Assembly: GCA_964516975.1 (NCBI GenBank) | Contig: CAZFAS010000002.1 | Location: 4,818-68,817, forward strand | From: an uncultured Candidatus Saccharibacteria bacterium | Lineage (GTDB): Bacteria; Patescibacteriota; Minisyncoccia; Phycocordibacterales; Zambryskibacteraceae | DNA: 64,000 nt | Direction: 5' to 3' | Part shown: one piece after another, positions 1 through 9,247 of the stretch | Position numbering within the stretch: position 1 is the first letter of the stretch | How the letters are laid out: each line of letters begins with the position of its first letter | Made by a program: the position numbers and the translations under genes | Notes under the pieces: generated by a model | The model's database searches: none | What the model saw: only the letters and a program-made list of their open reading frames with translations | Told to the model about the DNA's origin: nothing

Positions 1-1
1 C

Positions 2-73
2 ATTGGTACAACTGGAAAGGCAACAGGGCCACATTTACACTTTGAAATTCGAGGAGCACGCAATCCATTTTAA
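2..73 (+). CDS. C-terminal fragment of an M23-family peptidase (runs off the 5' edge)
   Basis: Frame 2 translates to ...IGTTGKATGPHLHFEIRGARNPF*. The 'TGxxTGPHLHFE' motif is the conserved C-terminal signature of M23/LytM peptidases. Confidence 0.6.
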   Translation: MGTTGKATGPHLHFEIRGARNPF

Positions 74-138
74 TCCGGGTTTGCTTTTGGGCGCTTTGTT
101 AAGCGTTCAGAATCAAATCTAGATAATATACCGATAAA

Positions 139-165
139 AACCCCAGTATGGGGTTTTTGTTTTGC
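139..165 (+). terminator. Rho-independent terminator hairpin followed by a T-run
   Basis: The sequence aaaacccca-gtat-ggggtttttgttttg forms a stem-loop with a 3' T tract. Confidence 0.55.
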
Positions 166-172
166 ACCGTTC

Positions 173-1063
173 ATGAAAGACAATCGTTTTATGTGGTGGT
201 ATATTGTGGTTATGAAAGCTATGCTAAGCGCGTTTTATAAAAATCCTATTGTGAAAGCGATACTCGCGCTACTAATTTTTGCACTGATCATTCTGATCTC
301 TAAGGCGATTACTGAAAATAATATTGTTTTTCAAGATAATTCTCAATCGAGCGCTGTAAAAGGTTCAGATGGACACAATGATGCTGATTATTACTATGAA
401 TTAGGAAGGATAAATGAGAATGTTGGTGACCGTACACAAGCCCATGAAAACTTCGGTAAAGCACTTTCTTTGATGTCTCCGCATGACCCAAGAATTCCTG
501 CAATTTACGTGTATTTGGCTCGACTTGAATTTCAGTCAGACGAAAATCCAACTGAGGAAAATAAAAAAGAGATTCAAAGATACGCTGATCTTCTTATAAA
601 AGATGGCAATACTGCAAAAGAAAAGGCGTGGGGCTACGCATTGCTTTTAGAGTTGTATCATATGGAAGATAGACAGGAGGAAGCAATTGCAGCAGGAAAA
701 AAGGCGCTTGAATTGCAACCAAACGACCCGTCACTGCTCCATGTTCTAGCCGAAGGTTATATGGAGGCTCATATTGGAGGAAAAGAGTTTTACTACACGA
801 ATTACCTCGATGAGACCATAGACGCACTTGAAACTTCATTGAAATCTCAAAGAACGCAATCACATTCGCTCTATCTTCTCGGTGTTGCGTATTGGTATAA
901 AGGTGAGTCTAAGAAAGCGTACGATTTATGGTTAGAAGCGAAGAGGGCGCTACCCACAGATCCTTATTATCCAGATTGGTATAAACCAATTCTTGGAAAA
1001 GATATTGATGAAGCCCTAGAAGATCCAAACATTCTAAAGGCAATGGAATACAGAAAACAATAA
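173..1063 (+). CDS. Membrane-anchored TPR-like repeat protein (hypothetical)
   Basis: 296-aa ORF with an N-terminal hydrophobic segment (ILALLIFALIILI) and helical repeat-like content (YYYELGR..., LGVAYWYKGESKKAYDLW). No specific family was recognised. Confidence 0.55.
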   Translation: MKDNRFMWWYIVVMKAMLSAFYKNPIVKAILALLIFALIILISKAITENNIVFQDNSQSSAVKGSDGHNDADYYYELGRINENVGDRTQAHENFGKALSLMSPHDPRIPAIYVYLARLEFQSDENPTEENKKEIQRYADLLIKDGNTAKEKAWGYALLLELYHMEDRQEEAIAAGKKALELQPNDPSLLHVLAEGYMEAHIGGKEFYYTNYLDETIDALETSLKSQRTQSHSLYLLGVAYWYKGESKKAYDLWLEAKRALPTDPYYPDWYKPILGKDIDEALEDPNILKAMEYRKQ

Positions 1064-1081
1064 ACCGCCTGAGGGCGGTTT
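1061..1081. terminator. Bidirectional hairpin between convergent genes
   Basis: The sequence aaaccgcc-tgag-ggcggttt forms a hairpin between the + ORF ending at 1063 and the comM-like gene ending at 1080. Confidence 0.5.
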
Positions 1082-2618
1082 ATTGTTTTCTTGGTCTGTA
1101 TTGGATTGCTTCGAGAATGTGTTTTGTGAGGACAATATCTGATTCATCTAGGTCTGCGATCGTTCGAGCTACTTTAATGATTTTGTGATATACCCTTGGT
1201 GAAAGGTTGAGTTGCTGTGCAGAGTTGTTGAGAAGAGTTTTTGCTTCTTTGTCGAGCTGAATAAGGGTAACAAGGTCACGCGCTGACATTTCAGCATTCG
1301 TTTTTTTATTCAGACCACGCATCCGATCTTCCTGTTTTTGTCTTGCCTGCACCACTCTTGATCGAACATTGCTCGATTTTTCTCCTTTGTACATGTCTTC
1401 TGAAAGTTTTTCATGTTCGATTCTGGGAACATCGAGCCATATATCAATACGCTCAAGAATCGGTCCTGATATTTTTCTTTGATACCTAGTTAGGTGTAAT
1501 GGAGAACAAATGCATTCTTTCCCTTTAAATCCATAATTACCGCATGGGCATGGATTCATGGCGGCAACAAGAACAAAGTTTGCTGGGAAAAGTGCGCTGC
1601 CTTTTGCTCGAGTAACTGAGACTACCCTGTCTTCCAGTGGTTGCCTGAGCGCATCAATAACTCGTCTTTCAAATTCTGGGAATTCATCGAGGAATAAAAC
1701 ACCTTTATGTGCCAAGGTTACCTCGCCAGGTTTTGGTGTCGTACCCCCGCCAACAATTGAAACATATGATGCAGTGTGATGTGGTGAACGAAATGGTGGT
1801 TCAACAGCAAGTCCATCTTGCAGCGTTCCAGCGATTGAATGGATTGATGTAACTTCCAATATTTCATCAAATGTTAATGGTGGAAGTATTCCCATAAATG
1901 CGCGTGCAAGCATCGTCTTCCCAGTTCCTGGTGGACCATAGAGTGCAACATTGTGACCTCCTGCTGCAGCAATTTCGAGTCCTCGTTTTGCATTTTCTTG
2001 TCCGCGGACATCCGCAAAATCAAAACCACTAAATATTTTTTCAGCGCGTATTTTTGTTTTTGGTTCAGCTGAAATCTCAGAGTGCTTAATCTCAGAATCT
2101 TTCGTATTAATATGTGCAATAACGTCGGTTAGCGATTCAGCTCCATATATTTTAATTCCATCAATAAGTGCCGCTTCCTGCGCGTTGTGTTTTGGAACAA
2201 ATACTTTTTTAAATCCTTTTTGTTTTGCTTCAAGAACAAGGGGTAGTGTTCCAGTAATACCTCGAAGTCTTCCATCAAGTGATAATTCCCCTAAAAATAA
2301 AATATCATTCGTTTCAAAATATATATCTTCGCTTGCGAGTAAGTATGCAATCGCCATCCCGAGATCGAAGAAAGGTCCCTCTTTTTTTATTTCTGCTGGT
2401 GCTAAAGAAATGGTAACTTTTTGATTTTTATTTTTAGGAGATTTGAAACCTGAATTTTTTATTGCAGCAGAAATTCGATCTCTCGATTCTTCAACTGCCT
2501 TATCTGGAAGTCCGACAATAGAAAAAGAATGAAGACCTTTTGAAATATCAACTTCTATATCAATAATGTGAGCTTTGAGGAGAGATGTTTGCGCGCTGTG
2601 TACTTTCGCAAAGCTCAT
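1080..2618 (-). CDS. comM: YifB/ComM family Mg-chelatase-like AAA+ ATPase
   Basis: 512 aa. N-terminal Lon-like domain, Walker A 'GPPGTGKT', and the C-terminal ChlI-like region 'VAAMNPCPCG', all typical of ComM/YifB. Confidence 0.9.
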   Translation of the reverse strand: MSFAKVHSAQTSLLKAHIIDIEVDISKGLHSFSIVGLPDKAVEESRDRISAAIKNSGFKSPKNKNQKVTISLAPAEIKKEGPFFDLGMAIAYLLASEDIYFETNDILFLGELSLDGRLRGITGTLPLVLEAKQKGFKKVFVPKHNAQEAALIDGIKIYGAESLTDVIAHINTKDSEIKHSEISAEPKTKIRAEKIFSGFDFADVRGQENAKRGLEIAAAGGHNVALYGPPGTGKTMLARAFMGILPPLTFDEILEVTSIHSIAGTLQDGLAVEPPFRSPHHTASYVSIVGGGTTPKPGEVTLAHKGVLFLDEFPEFERRVIDALRQPLEDRVVSVTRAKGSALFPANFVLVAAMNPCPCGNYGFKGKECICSPLHLTRYQRKISGPILERIDIWLDVPRIEHEKLSEDMYKGEKSSNVRSRVVQARQKQEDRMRGLNKKTNAEMSARDLVTLIQLDKEAKTLLNNSAQQLNLSPRVYHKIIKVARTIADLDESDIVLTKHILEAIQYRPRKQ

Positions 2619-2623
2619 GGTAG

Positions 2624-2989
2624 TTACATATGGAGTGTGCAGGTTGCAGCAGCTGGGTTTACTTTAAGTCTGTCTGTTTCAATTTCTGCACCACAGACTT
2701 CGCATTTTCCAAATGCATTGTTTTCAATTTTTTCTAAAGCTTTTTTTACTTCGTGTAAACGTGTTTCGAGTTGTTTTAAAATAGCAGTGTTGTCTTCAAA
2801 TTCTTCGATAGTGTCGGCAACTTCATTTTCGTCGGCACTGAGCGCATCCATAACAGCCGGTGTTGGTTGCCAATCATCTTTGTTTTCTGGGTTCACTCTC
2901 CCTACAGTTTGGAGCTCCTTTTCTAATAAGCTGAGTTCTGTTTCAAGCTTTGTCTTTAGGTTGTGTATGTGTTCTTGGTTCATGGGCAT
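2624..2989 (-). CDS. DksA/TraR-family C4-type zinc-finger protein
   Basis: 121 aa. Coiled-coil N-terminus plus a C-terminal 'CEVCGAEIE...ATCTLH' zinc-finger region like DksA/TraR. Confidence 0.7.
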   Translation of the reverse strand: MPMNQEHIHNLKTKLETELSLLEKELQTVGRVNPENKDDWQPTPAVMDALSADENEVADTIEEFEDNTAILKQLETRLHEVKKALEKIENNAFGKCEVCGAEIETDRLKVNPAAATCTLHM

Positions 2990-3031
2990 ATGATACCAAT
3001 CTCTAGGGCATATGCAAATATGGTAACCTAT

Positions 3032-4219
3032 CTAACGCGAAACACTTTGTGAGGTAATTTTTTCGTTTATATTTTCAAGAACCTTTAAGTCAGTCGTAAT
3101 CAGCAGCGTTTCTTTATTGATGAAAGAATATAGCAGAACGATTTCACCTCTATTGTTACGCAAAACACGCGCGTCCTTGTTTTGGATGGTTTCGTCTGTG
3201 AAACGAGTCTGTACTGGGATTTCAGAAGCGAGAACCTGAGTAACAGTTGGTGTCGTTGATGATGTTATTTGTTTTGAGGTTGAGGTGCCAGCATTTTTTG
3301 CTGAAGTAGAGGTTGAAGAATTTTCTGAGATGGCGACTGTGTTATTTGTGATGACAGGGGTTTGTTTTTGAATAAGATCTTTTTTAACTATTAGATGAAG
3401 ATCTTCGTACATATTTGGTTCCCATTGGAGCATGCCATCAAATGCATTTTCAAAAGATGTAAGTTTAATAATGATAAATGGTTCAGTTTGATTTGTTTTG
3501 ATAAAACCAAACATGAACTGAGAGTTAAATGCGCGTAATGCAGAACCAGGGATTTTTGTTTTTAAGATTGCAAATAAATCATCTGTAGAAATTATGTTTT
3601 CATTTTCAATGATTGTTTTTGCAAGTGCAACATAGGCCACATCTCCGGTGTTTAATGCAAGATTTTGTTTTCTTGTATTTAATGCTGATGAAAGTTTTTC
3701 TTTATCAGAGCTTGATACATTGATAGTAATTTTCTCTTTATATCCGATGAGAGTTCTATCTTCGGGCGCAACGACAATTGGGGTATTTGGCGCTCGCTTT
3801 TGAATTATATAAAATCCAACGACGGTTCCTATTCCTAGAAAAATAAATACTAGACTTGCGGCAATTGTTAAAATTTTTTTCTTTAATTCAGGATTTTCCG
3901 GTGGTTTTTCTTTTGCTTTTTCATCAACCTTTTTCTTTTCTGCGAGTGCGATTGAAAGTACTGATGCGTTTTGATTTTTGATAGCTTCTGCAGCATCGCC
4001 TTGAAAAGTTCGTAAACTTTTGATCACAATTTTTTCACCACTTGATTCTTCGGGTTGTGATTCGTTTGAGCTAAGTTGTTGTTGGTTTTGAGGCGTGCTA
4101 GCTATAGGAATTTGTACACCCGCTTTTTTTCCGGCAACAGAAATTTTTTTCTGAATTGCATCTATTTGCTCATCATTGAGTTCGATTTTTTTTGCAGAAT
4201 TATCAGCCATAGTTTTCAA
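3032..4219 (-). CDS. Hypothetical single-pass membrane protein with a large extracytoplasmic domain
   Basis: 395 aa. Low-complexity charged N-terminus, one TM helix (ILTIAASLVFIFLGIGTVVGFYII), and an S/T-rich tail. No recognisable family. Confidence 0.55.
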   Translation of the reverse strand: MKTMADNSAKKIELNDEQIDAIQKKISVAGKKAGVQIPIASTPQNQQQLSSNESQPEESSGEKIVIKSLRTFQGDAAEAIKNQNASVLSIALAEKKKVDEKAKEKPPENPELKKKILTIAASLVFIFLGIGTVVGFYIIQKRAPNTPIVVAPEDRTLIGYKEKITINVSSSDKEKLSSALNTRKQNLALNTGDVAYVALAKTIIENENIISTDDLFAILKTKIPGSALRAFNSQFMFGFIKTNQTEPFIIIKLTSFENAFDGMLQWEPNMYEDLHLIVKKDLIQKQTPVITNNTVAISENSSTSTSAKNAGTSTSKQITSSTTPTVTQVLASEIPVQTRFTDETIQNKDARVLRNNRGEIVLLYSFINKETLLITTDLKVLENINEKITSQSVSR

Positions 4220-4284
4220 AGATATATTTTACCATATCACTCTTGTCACACTCTATACAATTATGTAAACACACAAAATAGTTG

Positions 4285-4827
4285 CTACTGTTCGTTCGTA
4301 GGTTGTCGTCTTTGGCGTGGGTTACCAAGAAGATATTTTCTTGGTGATGCATCGAGGTCGATGAAGTCATCAGCGTATTCAATAAGTCTGCCTGATGTAG
4401 ATTTTCCAAATGAAACCACTTCGACTTGGCATCCATGTGTATTTCGTAGATATTCGATGAGTGGAATGAAATCACCATCTCCAGAAACAAGTATCACAGT
4501 ATCAAGTTTGTGTCCCATTTTTACGGCATCGATTGCGATACCAACATCCCAATCAGCTTTTTTAGATCCGCCATAAAATATCTGGAGGTTTTTTGTCTTT
4601 GTTTCAATTCCAGCTTTTTCTAATGCTTCAAAAAAATTCTTCTCCTCCCCACTTTCAGTAGTGATCACGTATGCGATCGCGCGGATAAGATGTCTACCAG
4701 CAAGCGCATCTTTTACTACTTGGCTGAAGTTTACTCTGCTTTTGTATAAATTTTTCGCACTGTGATAGAGATTCTGTGTATCAATAAAAATTCCAACTCT
4801 TTGTTCTTTATGTTTTATAACTGACAT
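4285..4827 (-). CDS. NYN-domain (LabA-like, PIN-related) protein
   Basis: 180 aa. 'VGIFIDTQNLY...', 'IAYV', 'DTVILVSGDGDFIPLIEYL' and 'GCQVEVVSF' are NYN/LabA hallmarks. Confidence 0.8.
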   Translation of the reverse strand: MSVIKHKEQRVGIFIDTQNLYHSAKNLYKSRVNFSQVVKDALAGRHLIRAIAYVITTESGEEKNFFEALEKAGIETKTKNLQIFYGGSKKADWDVGIAIDAVKMGHKLDTVILVSGDGDFIPLIEYLRNTHGCQVEVVSFGKSTSGRLIEYADDFIDLDASPRKYLLGNPRQRRQPTNEQ

Positions 4828-4840
4828 ATATATTGTATTA

Positions 4841-4866
4841 AAATCAAAAAAGAGCCGGAGCTCTTT
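4841..4866 (-). terminator. Terminator hairpin after rpsO
   Basis: The sequence aaaagagc-cgga-gctcttttt lies immediately downstream (minus sense) of the rpsO stop. Confidence 0.5.
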
Positions 4867-4875
4867 TTGGGGTGA

Positions 4876-5148
4876 CTAAGCTTTCTTTTTTAAACCGAGC
4901 TTCTTTGAAAGCGCACTAAATCTTTTTGGATCTTTCTTTTGCAGATAGTTCATTTGTGACTGTCGTTCTGAAACCATTGAGAGGAGGCCTCTTCGTGAGT
5001 GGTTATCCTTCTGGTGTTTCTTGAGGTGAGAAGCTAATTCCTCGATTCTCTTTGTTAATAGAGAAATCTGAACCTCAGGAGAACCTGTGTCCGTATCGTG
5101 GATTTTCACCTCTTTTATAATTTTTTGCTTCTTTGTTTTCGTAATCAT
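4876..5148 (-). CDS. rpsO: 30S ribosomal protein S15
   Basis: 90 aa. 'GSPEVQISLLTKRIEELASHLKKHQKDNHSRRGLLSMV' matches the S15 consensus. Confidence 0.9.
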   Translation of the reverse strand: MITKTKKQKIIKEVKIHDTDTGSPEVQISLLTKRIEELASHLKKHQKDNHSRRGLLSMVSERQSQMNYLQKKDPKRFSALSKKLGLKKKA

Positions 5149-5243
5149 TGTTCGACTACAGTATCATGAAACTCCATATATTGCAAGCTAAATTCCGCGC
5201 TCGGGTATAGGGGTACTTTTAGTTAAAATTAGGTATAATTATT

Positions 5244-6182
5244 GTGCGACATTGTAGTAAATCTCATATGGACTTACCAATTTTAAAAAAAGAGTTTCTC
5301 GAGCACCTAGAAATAGAGAAAGGGAGAAGTTTGAAGACAATAGAGAATTATGACCGGTACCTCACTACCTTTCTATTGTATGCAAAGATTAAGAAACCTA
5401 AGGATATTACTGACAGTCTCATTCGAGAATATAGGTTGTGGCTCAACAGAAAGGATTCTGGTAACAGGAAGGGTCCTAAGGAGAGTATAAAGAAAAGGAC
5501 TCAAAACTATTATCTCATTGCACTTCGAGCGTTCTTAAAGTATCTCATGAAGCGCAATATCCCCTCTCTACCACCTGAACGTATCGAATTGGCCAAGGTT
5601 CCAGAACGCTCACTCGATCTTATCAATTCAGATGAGCTTTTGAGGATTATGAAGGCTCCCACTGGAAATGATGTAAAAAGTCTAAGGGATAAGGCGATAC
5701 TAGAGCTCCTTTTTTCAACGGGTCTTCGTGTGTCCGAGCTCTGTTCCCTCTCTCGAGATTTGGATTTAAGTCGTGATGAGTTTTCTGTTCGAGGAAAGGG
5801 TGAAAAGGTGAGAGTGGTATTCATCTCCCCTATAGCGAAGGAGTCAATAAAGGAGTATTTGAAGAAAAGAACCGATATGGAGGACGCGCTGTTTGTAAAT
5901 ATTGGGAGAAATACCAATGCAAAGGAAGAAAAAAGGCTTACATCGCGCTCTATTGAGAGGATTGTAAAATACTATGCAATTAAAGCTGGAATATCTAAAA
6001 AGGTTACCCCGCATGTTATTCGTCACAGCTTCGCAACTGATTTACTCCAAAATGGTGCAGATATTCGATCAGTACAGATGCTACTTGGACATGCAAACAT
6101 AGGAACAACACAGATTTATACCCATATTACGGATAAGCATCTCCGTGAGGTACACAAGAAGTTCCACAACAAAAGGCAGTAA
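5244..6182 (+). CDS. Tyrosine site-specific recombinase, XerC/XerD-like
   Basis: 312 aa. An N-terminal SAM-like core-binding domain and a C-terminal catalytic region with 'HVIRHSFATDLL...LLGHANIGTTQIYTHI' (R-H-R-Y family). Confidence 0.85.
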   Translation: MRHCSKSHMDLPILKKEFLEHLEIEKGRSLKTIENYDRYLTTFLLYAKIKKPKDITDSLIREYRLWLNRKDSGNRKGPKESIKKRTQNYYLIALRAFLKYLMKRNIPSLPPERIELAKVPERSLDLINSDELLRIMKAPTGNDVKSLRDKAILELLFSTGLRVSELCSLSRDLDLSRDEFSVRGKGEKVRVVFISPIAKESIKEYLKKRTDMEDALFVNIGRNTNAKEEKRLTSRSIERIVKYYAIKAGISKKVTPHVIRHSFATDLLQNGADIRSVQMLLGHANIGTTQIYTHITDKHLREVHKKFHNKRQ

Positions 6183-6218
6183 ATATACATAACAACCTTT
6201 GATTGTTACAATTGTAGA

Positions 6219-6983
6219 ATGAAAATTATCTCTTGGAATGTAAATGGGCTCAGAGCAACTCATAAAAAAGGGGCGTTTGATTGGTTACTAAAGGAAAGTC
6301 CAGATATCTTCTGTTTTCAAGAGACAAAGGCAACTCCCGATCAATTACCTGACGAAGTGCGTAATCCTGCTGGGTATACATCGTATTTTAATTTCCCTAA
6401 GGAAAAGAAAGGCTATAGTGGAGTAGGTTTGTATACAAAAGAGCAACCTCTCGATGTATTCTATGGAATGAAAAAAGGAGAATCTGATTTTGAAGGAAGG
6501 ATTGTGGGTGCAGAGTATGCAAGATTCTACTTACTCAATGTTTACTTCCCTAATGGAGGCGGTGGACCTGATCGATTGGCATATAAGCTAGCTTTCTACG
6601 ATGAATTTTTGAAATGTACTCAGAAGCTAAGAAAAAAGAAGCCAGTTATTTTCTGCGGAGATGTGAATACTGCCCACACAGAGATAGATCTCGCGCGTCC
6701 GAAGGAGAATATAGAGAATACAGGGTTTCTTCCTATAGAAAGGGCGTGGATAGATGAAGTTATTGGAAAAGGCTATGTCGATATATACAGAGATTTACAT
6801 AAGAATGAAAAAGGAAAATATACATATTGGGATATGAAAACATTTGCTAGGGATAGAAATGTAGGATGGAGAATAGACTATTTTTTTGTAAGTAAAGAAT
6901 TAGAAAAATTTGTAAAAAATGCAGAAATTCTCACAGACGTACACGGATCAGATCATTGTCCTATAGAGATAGAAATATTTTAA
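6219..6983 (+). CDS. xth: Exodeoxyribonuclease III / AP endonuclease
   Basis: 254 aa. 'MKIISWNVNGLRA...CFQETK...GDVNTAHTEIDL...GSDHCPIEIEI' is the ExoIII/EEP fold. Confidence 0.9.
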   Translation: MKIISWNVNGLRATHKKGAFDWLLKESPDIFCFQETKATPDQLPDEVRNPAGYTSYFNFPKEKKGYSGVGLYTKEQPLDVFYGMKKGESDFEGRIVGAEYARFYLLNVYFPNGGGGPDRLAYKLAFYDEFLKCTQKLRKKKPVIFCGDVNTAHTEIDLARPKENIENTGFLPIERAWIDEVIGKGYVDIYRDLHKNEKGKYTYWDMKTFARDRNVGWRIDYFFVSKELEKFVKNAEILTDVHGSDHCPIEIEIF

Positions 6984-7214
6984 AGGACATTATCCACAGT
7001 TTTTATTTGTATGTCTTTTATTTCTGCACTATACTACATGAGGACGTTTCGGCAGAAGTTCTCGGACAAAAGCTGGAGCATTAGTTCTTTAGAGTCTGCA
7101 GGCTCGAAAGGTCACCTGGTTTGATACATAGCGGAAGTCATTACATCTCCGCACTTATATTTTTTTCGGATGTATGATCCGAATGTTATCACTCTGTGTG
7201 ACACTTTCACCCCG

Positions 7215-7250
7215 AAGCCGCTCAACCGCAACGTGAGCGGTTTCTTTTTG
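7215..7250 (+). terminator. Rho-independent terminator on the + strand
   Basis: The sequence gccgctca-accgcaacg-tgagcggtttctttttg forms a hairpin with a T-run. It lies about 230 nt downstream of the xth stop. Confidence 0.5.
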
Positions 7251-7259
7251 CCTATTTTC

Positions 7260-8735
7260 TTATTTTACCCAGTATTTACCTCGTATTTTCTCTAGAATTT
7301 TACCTTCTTCCTCTTCTTTTTTTGTCTTACCACTTGCACCCAATTTCATAAGTTCTTCGTCTGTCAGCTTATCAAGCTCCCCTGCTCTCTCAATTAACAA
7401 TTTTTTTGTATTCAGTTCAGGTTTTTCGAGTACTTCTTCGAGAATTGCATGAAGGATATAACCAATTCTTGGTCCTGGAGGAATAGAAAGGTCATTTATA
7501 AGAGTATTTCCATCTATGTTCAGCATGCTAACAGAGATTGGATCATGCATTGCTTCCTCAACCATAGATTTATATTTACGAAGCCTATATGGGTCTTCTT
7601 TTGGCCTTCCTGTCCCGATTCGGTCGCATATGCGAACATTCATTAGGTCCCATACATTCTCTTTACCTACGTTAGAAATGAGCCTTCTAACGGCAGATAA
7701 AGTAATTTGCTCTGTATCAGAGAAGAACATGTGCCATCTGACAAGTTTTACAACTTGTTCTGTTAGTTCTTTTGGAAATCGAAGATCACGCATGATTTCC
7801 CTCGTGACTCTCTCCCCAACTACTTCGTGGCCATAGAATGTCCATTCTTCTTTTTCTTTTGACCATCTTCTCGTTTCTGGCTTAGAAATATCATGAAATA
7901 ACGCTGCCAGTCTTATGTGGAGTGGCCATTCTTTGTCTGCTGCATGTTGTACTGATTTGAGTAAGTGGGTCCACACATCGAAAGCATGAGCTTTGTTCTG
8001 CTCTATGCCTACGCTCTTTTCTAGTTCAGGGACGATATACTGAAGAATAGATAGTTTTTGGCATAGAACAAGCCCGATCATTGGATTTTTCGACATGATT
8101 ATTCGTATGAATTCATCACGAACTCTTTCTTTTGCGATATTTTTCAATAAATGACCGGTTTCAGCTATTGCAAGCTTAGTGTCTTCATGAATTTCGAACC
8201 CAAGTTCAGCGTGAATACGCACAGCACGCATAATGCGAAGTCCATCTTCCTCGAATCTGTCCGTTGGCTTCCCTACTGTACGAATAATACCGCTTTGTAT
8301 GTCACCCCTTCCAAAAAATGGGTCAACTACAACGTTTTTTGAATGATTGAGTGCAATTGCGTTTATTGTGAAATCTCTTCTTTTGAGGTCATCTTCGAGT
8401 GTTGCTTCAAAAGAGACAGAGTCTGGTCTGCGATTGTCAGAGTACTTCCCTTCCGTTCGGTATGGAGTGACTTCTATTACTTTGAGAGTTTCATCCTCAG
8501 TTTCCTGAACTACTCCTACGGTTCCAAAATCATTTTCATAAAAGGTATTTTCAAATAAAGAAATGATCTGATCAGGTTTGGCGTTAGTCGTTATATCCCA
8601 ATCTTTAGGTTTATTCCCTAAATAGAGGTCTCGAACGCATCCACCGACAAGATATGCTTCAAAACCAGCATTTTCGAGAGCTGATGTTACTTGTGAAACT
8701 TCTTTTGGTACTGGAAAGACATTTTTCATCATCAC
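7260..8735 (-). CDS. cca: CCA-adding tRNA nucleotidyltransferase (PolyA-pol head + HD domain)
   Basis: 491 aa. 'GGCVRDLYLGNKPKDWDITT', 'RRDFTINA' and a downstream HD-domain motif 'LAALFHDISKP'. Confidence 0.85.
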   Translation of the reverse strand: MMMKNVFPVPKEVSQVTSALENAGFEAYLVGGCVRDLYLGNKPKDWDITTNAKPDQIISLFENTFYENDFGTVGVVQETEDETLKVIEVTPYRTEGKYSDNRRPDSVSFEATLEDDLKRRDFTINAIALNHSKNVVVDPFFGRGDIQSGIIRTVGKPTDRFEEDGLRIMRAVRIHAELGFEIHEDTKLAIAETGHLLKNIAKERVRDEFIRIIMSKNPMIGLVLCQKLSILQYIVPELEKSVGIEQNKAHAFDVWTHLLKSVQHAADKEWPLHIRLAALFHDISKPETRRWSKEKEEWTFYGHEVVGERVTREIMRDLRFPKELTEQVVKLVRWHMFFSDTEQITLSAVRRLISNVGKENVWDLMNVRICDRIGTGRPKEDPYRLRKYKSMVEEAMHDPISVSMLNIDGNTLINDLSIPPGPRIGYILHAILEEVLEKPELNTKKLLIERAGELDKLTDEELMKLGASGKTKKEEEEGKILEKIRGKYWVK

Positions 8736-8814
8736 AAGTGTAGCATTTTGTGCTCTAACTTCATACCAAAGAGATTATTTGAATATTAGTCAATTAAAGG
8801 TATGATGTTTCTAC

Positions 8815-8886
8815 GCACCTGTGGTGAAATGGATATCACAACGGTCTTCGGAACCGTTATTGTGGGTTCGAATCCTGCCAGGTGCA
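8815..8886 (+). tRNA. Probable tRNA-Arg (anticodon TCG). The acceptor/D-arm register is ambiguous by hand folding
   Basis: Anticodon arm ACGGT-CTTCGGA-ACCGT gives anticodon UCG. T-arm GTGGG-TTCGAAT-CCTGC. Acceptor GCACCTT/AGGGTGC pairs only if one extra nucleotide sits next to the T-stem. No CCA is encoded. Confidence 0.5.
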
Positions 8887-8933
8887 CAAGTATCAAAAAA
8901 TGCCGAAAATTCGGCATTTTTTGATACTTGTGC
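8884..8933. terminator. 50-nt perfect palindrome (22-bp stem, 6-nt loop) overlapping the tRNA 3' end
   Basis: gcacaagtatcaaaaaatgccg-aaaatt-cggcattttttgatacttgtgc. T tracts on both strands suggest a bidirectional terminator. Confidence 0.65.
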
Positions 8934-9112
8934 AAGCCGGAAGCATGTTCAGCCAGCAGGCTGAACAGCTGAGGCAGGGTCGTGAAAATTTGTTTGTGAT
9001 GACAAGCAAATTATTCCTGACCACTTTGTGCTTTGTATATGCTATGTAGTCCTAACCTATCGCTGCTTCCCTTTTTGCTTTTGGCTTTAGTTACGCTATA
9101 ATCGATCGTATT

Positions 9113-9183
9113 GCGGGATTAGTTTAGTGGCAAAACAACAGTTTTCCAAACTGTGGTCGGGAGTTCGATTCTCCCATCCCGCA
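9113..9183 (+). tRNA. tRNA-Gly (anticodon TCC)
   Basis: Acceptor GCGGGAT/ATCCCGC. D-arm GTTT-AGTGGCA-AAAC. Anticodon arm ACAGT-TTTCCAA-ACTGT gives UCC. T-arm GGGAG-TTCGATT-CTCCC. Discriminator A, no CCA. Architecture is nearly identical to the Gly(GCC) gene at 11275. Confidence 0.85.
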
Positions 9184-9206
9184 CAAATAAACTGCTTTAT
9201 TTGTGC
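9181..9206 (+). terminator. Hairpin immediately after tRNA-Gly(TCC)
   Basis: The sequence gcacaaataaa-ctgc-tttatttgtgc is a perfect 11-bp stem starting within the tRNA 3' end. Confidence 0.55.
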
Positions 9207-9247
9207 TGAGAATCGAAAGCCGGAATATGTCGCTTTGCGACTATGAG

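Noticed and set aside
2568-2993. 141-aa + strand ORF
   Set aside because: Lies entirely antisense to the DksA/TraR-like gene. Low-complexity S/F-rich translation. No start context.
4076-4576. 166-aa + ORF and 95-aa - ORF (4203-4490)
   Set aside because: Antisense to or overlapping the membrane protein and NYN genes. Cys/Phe-rich nonsense-like translation.
5510-5917. 135-aa - ORF
   Set aside because: Antisense to the Xer recombinase gene.
8976-9010. C/D-box-like 'tgatga ... ctga' arrangement in the Arg-Gly tRNA spacer
   Set aside because: C/D box sRNAs are not expected in bacteria. Short motifs in AT-rich sequence are likely chance.
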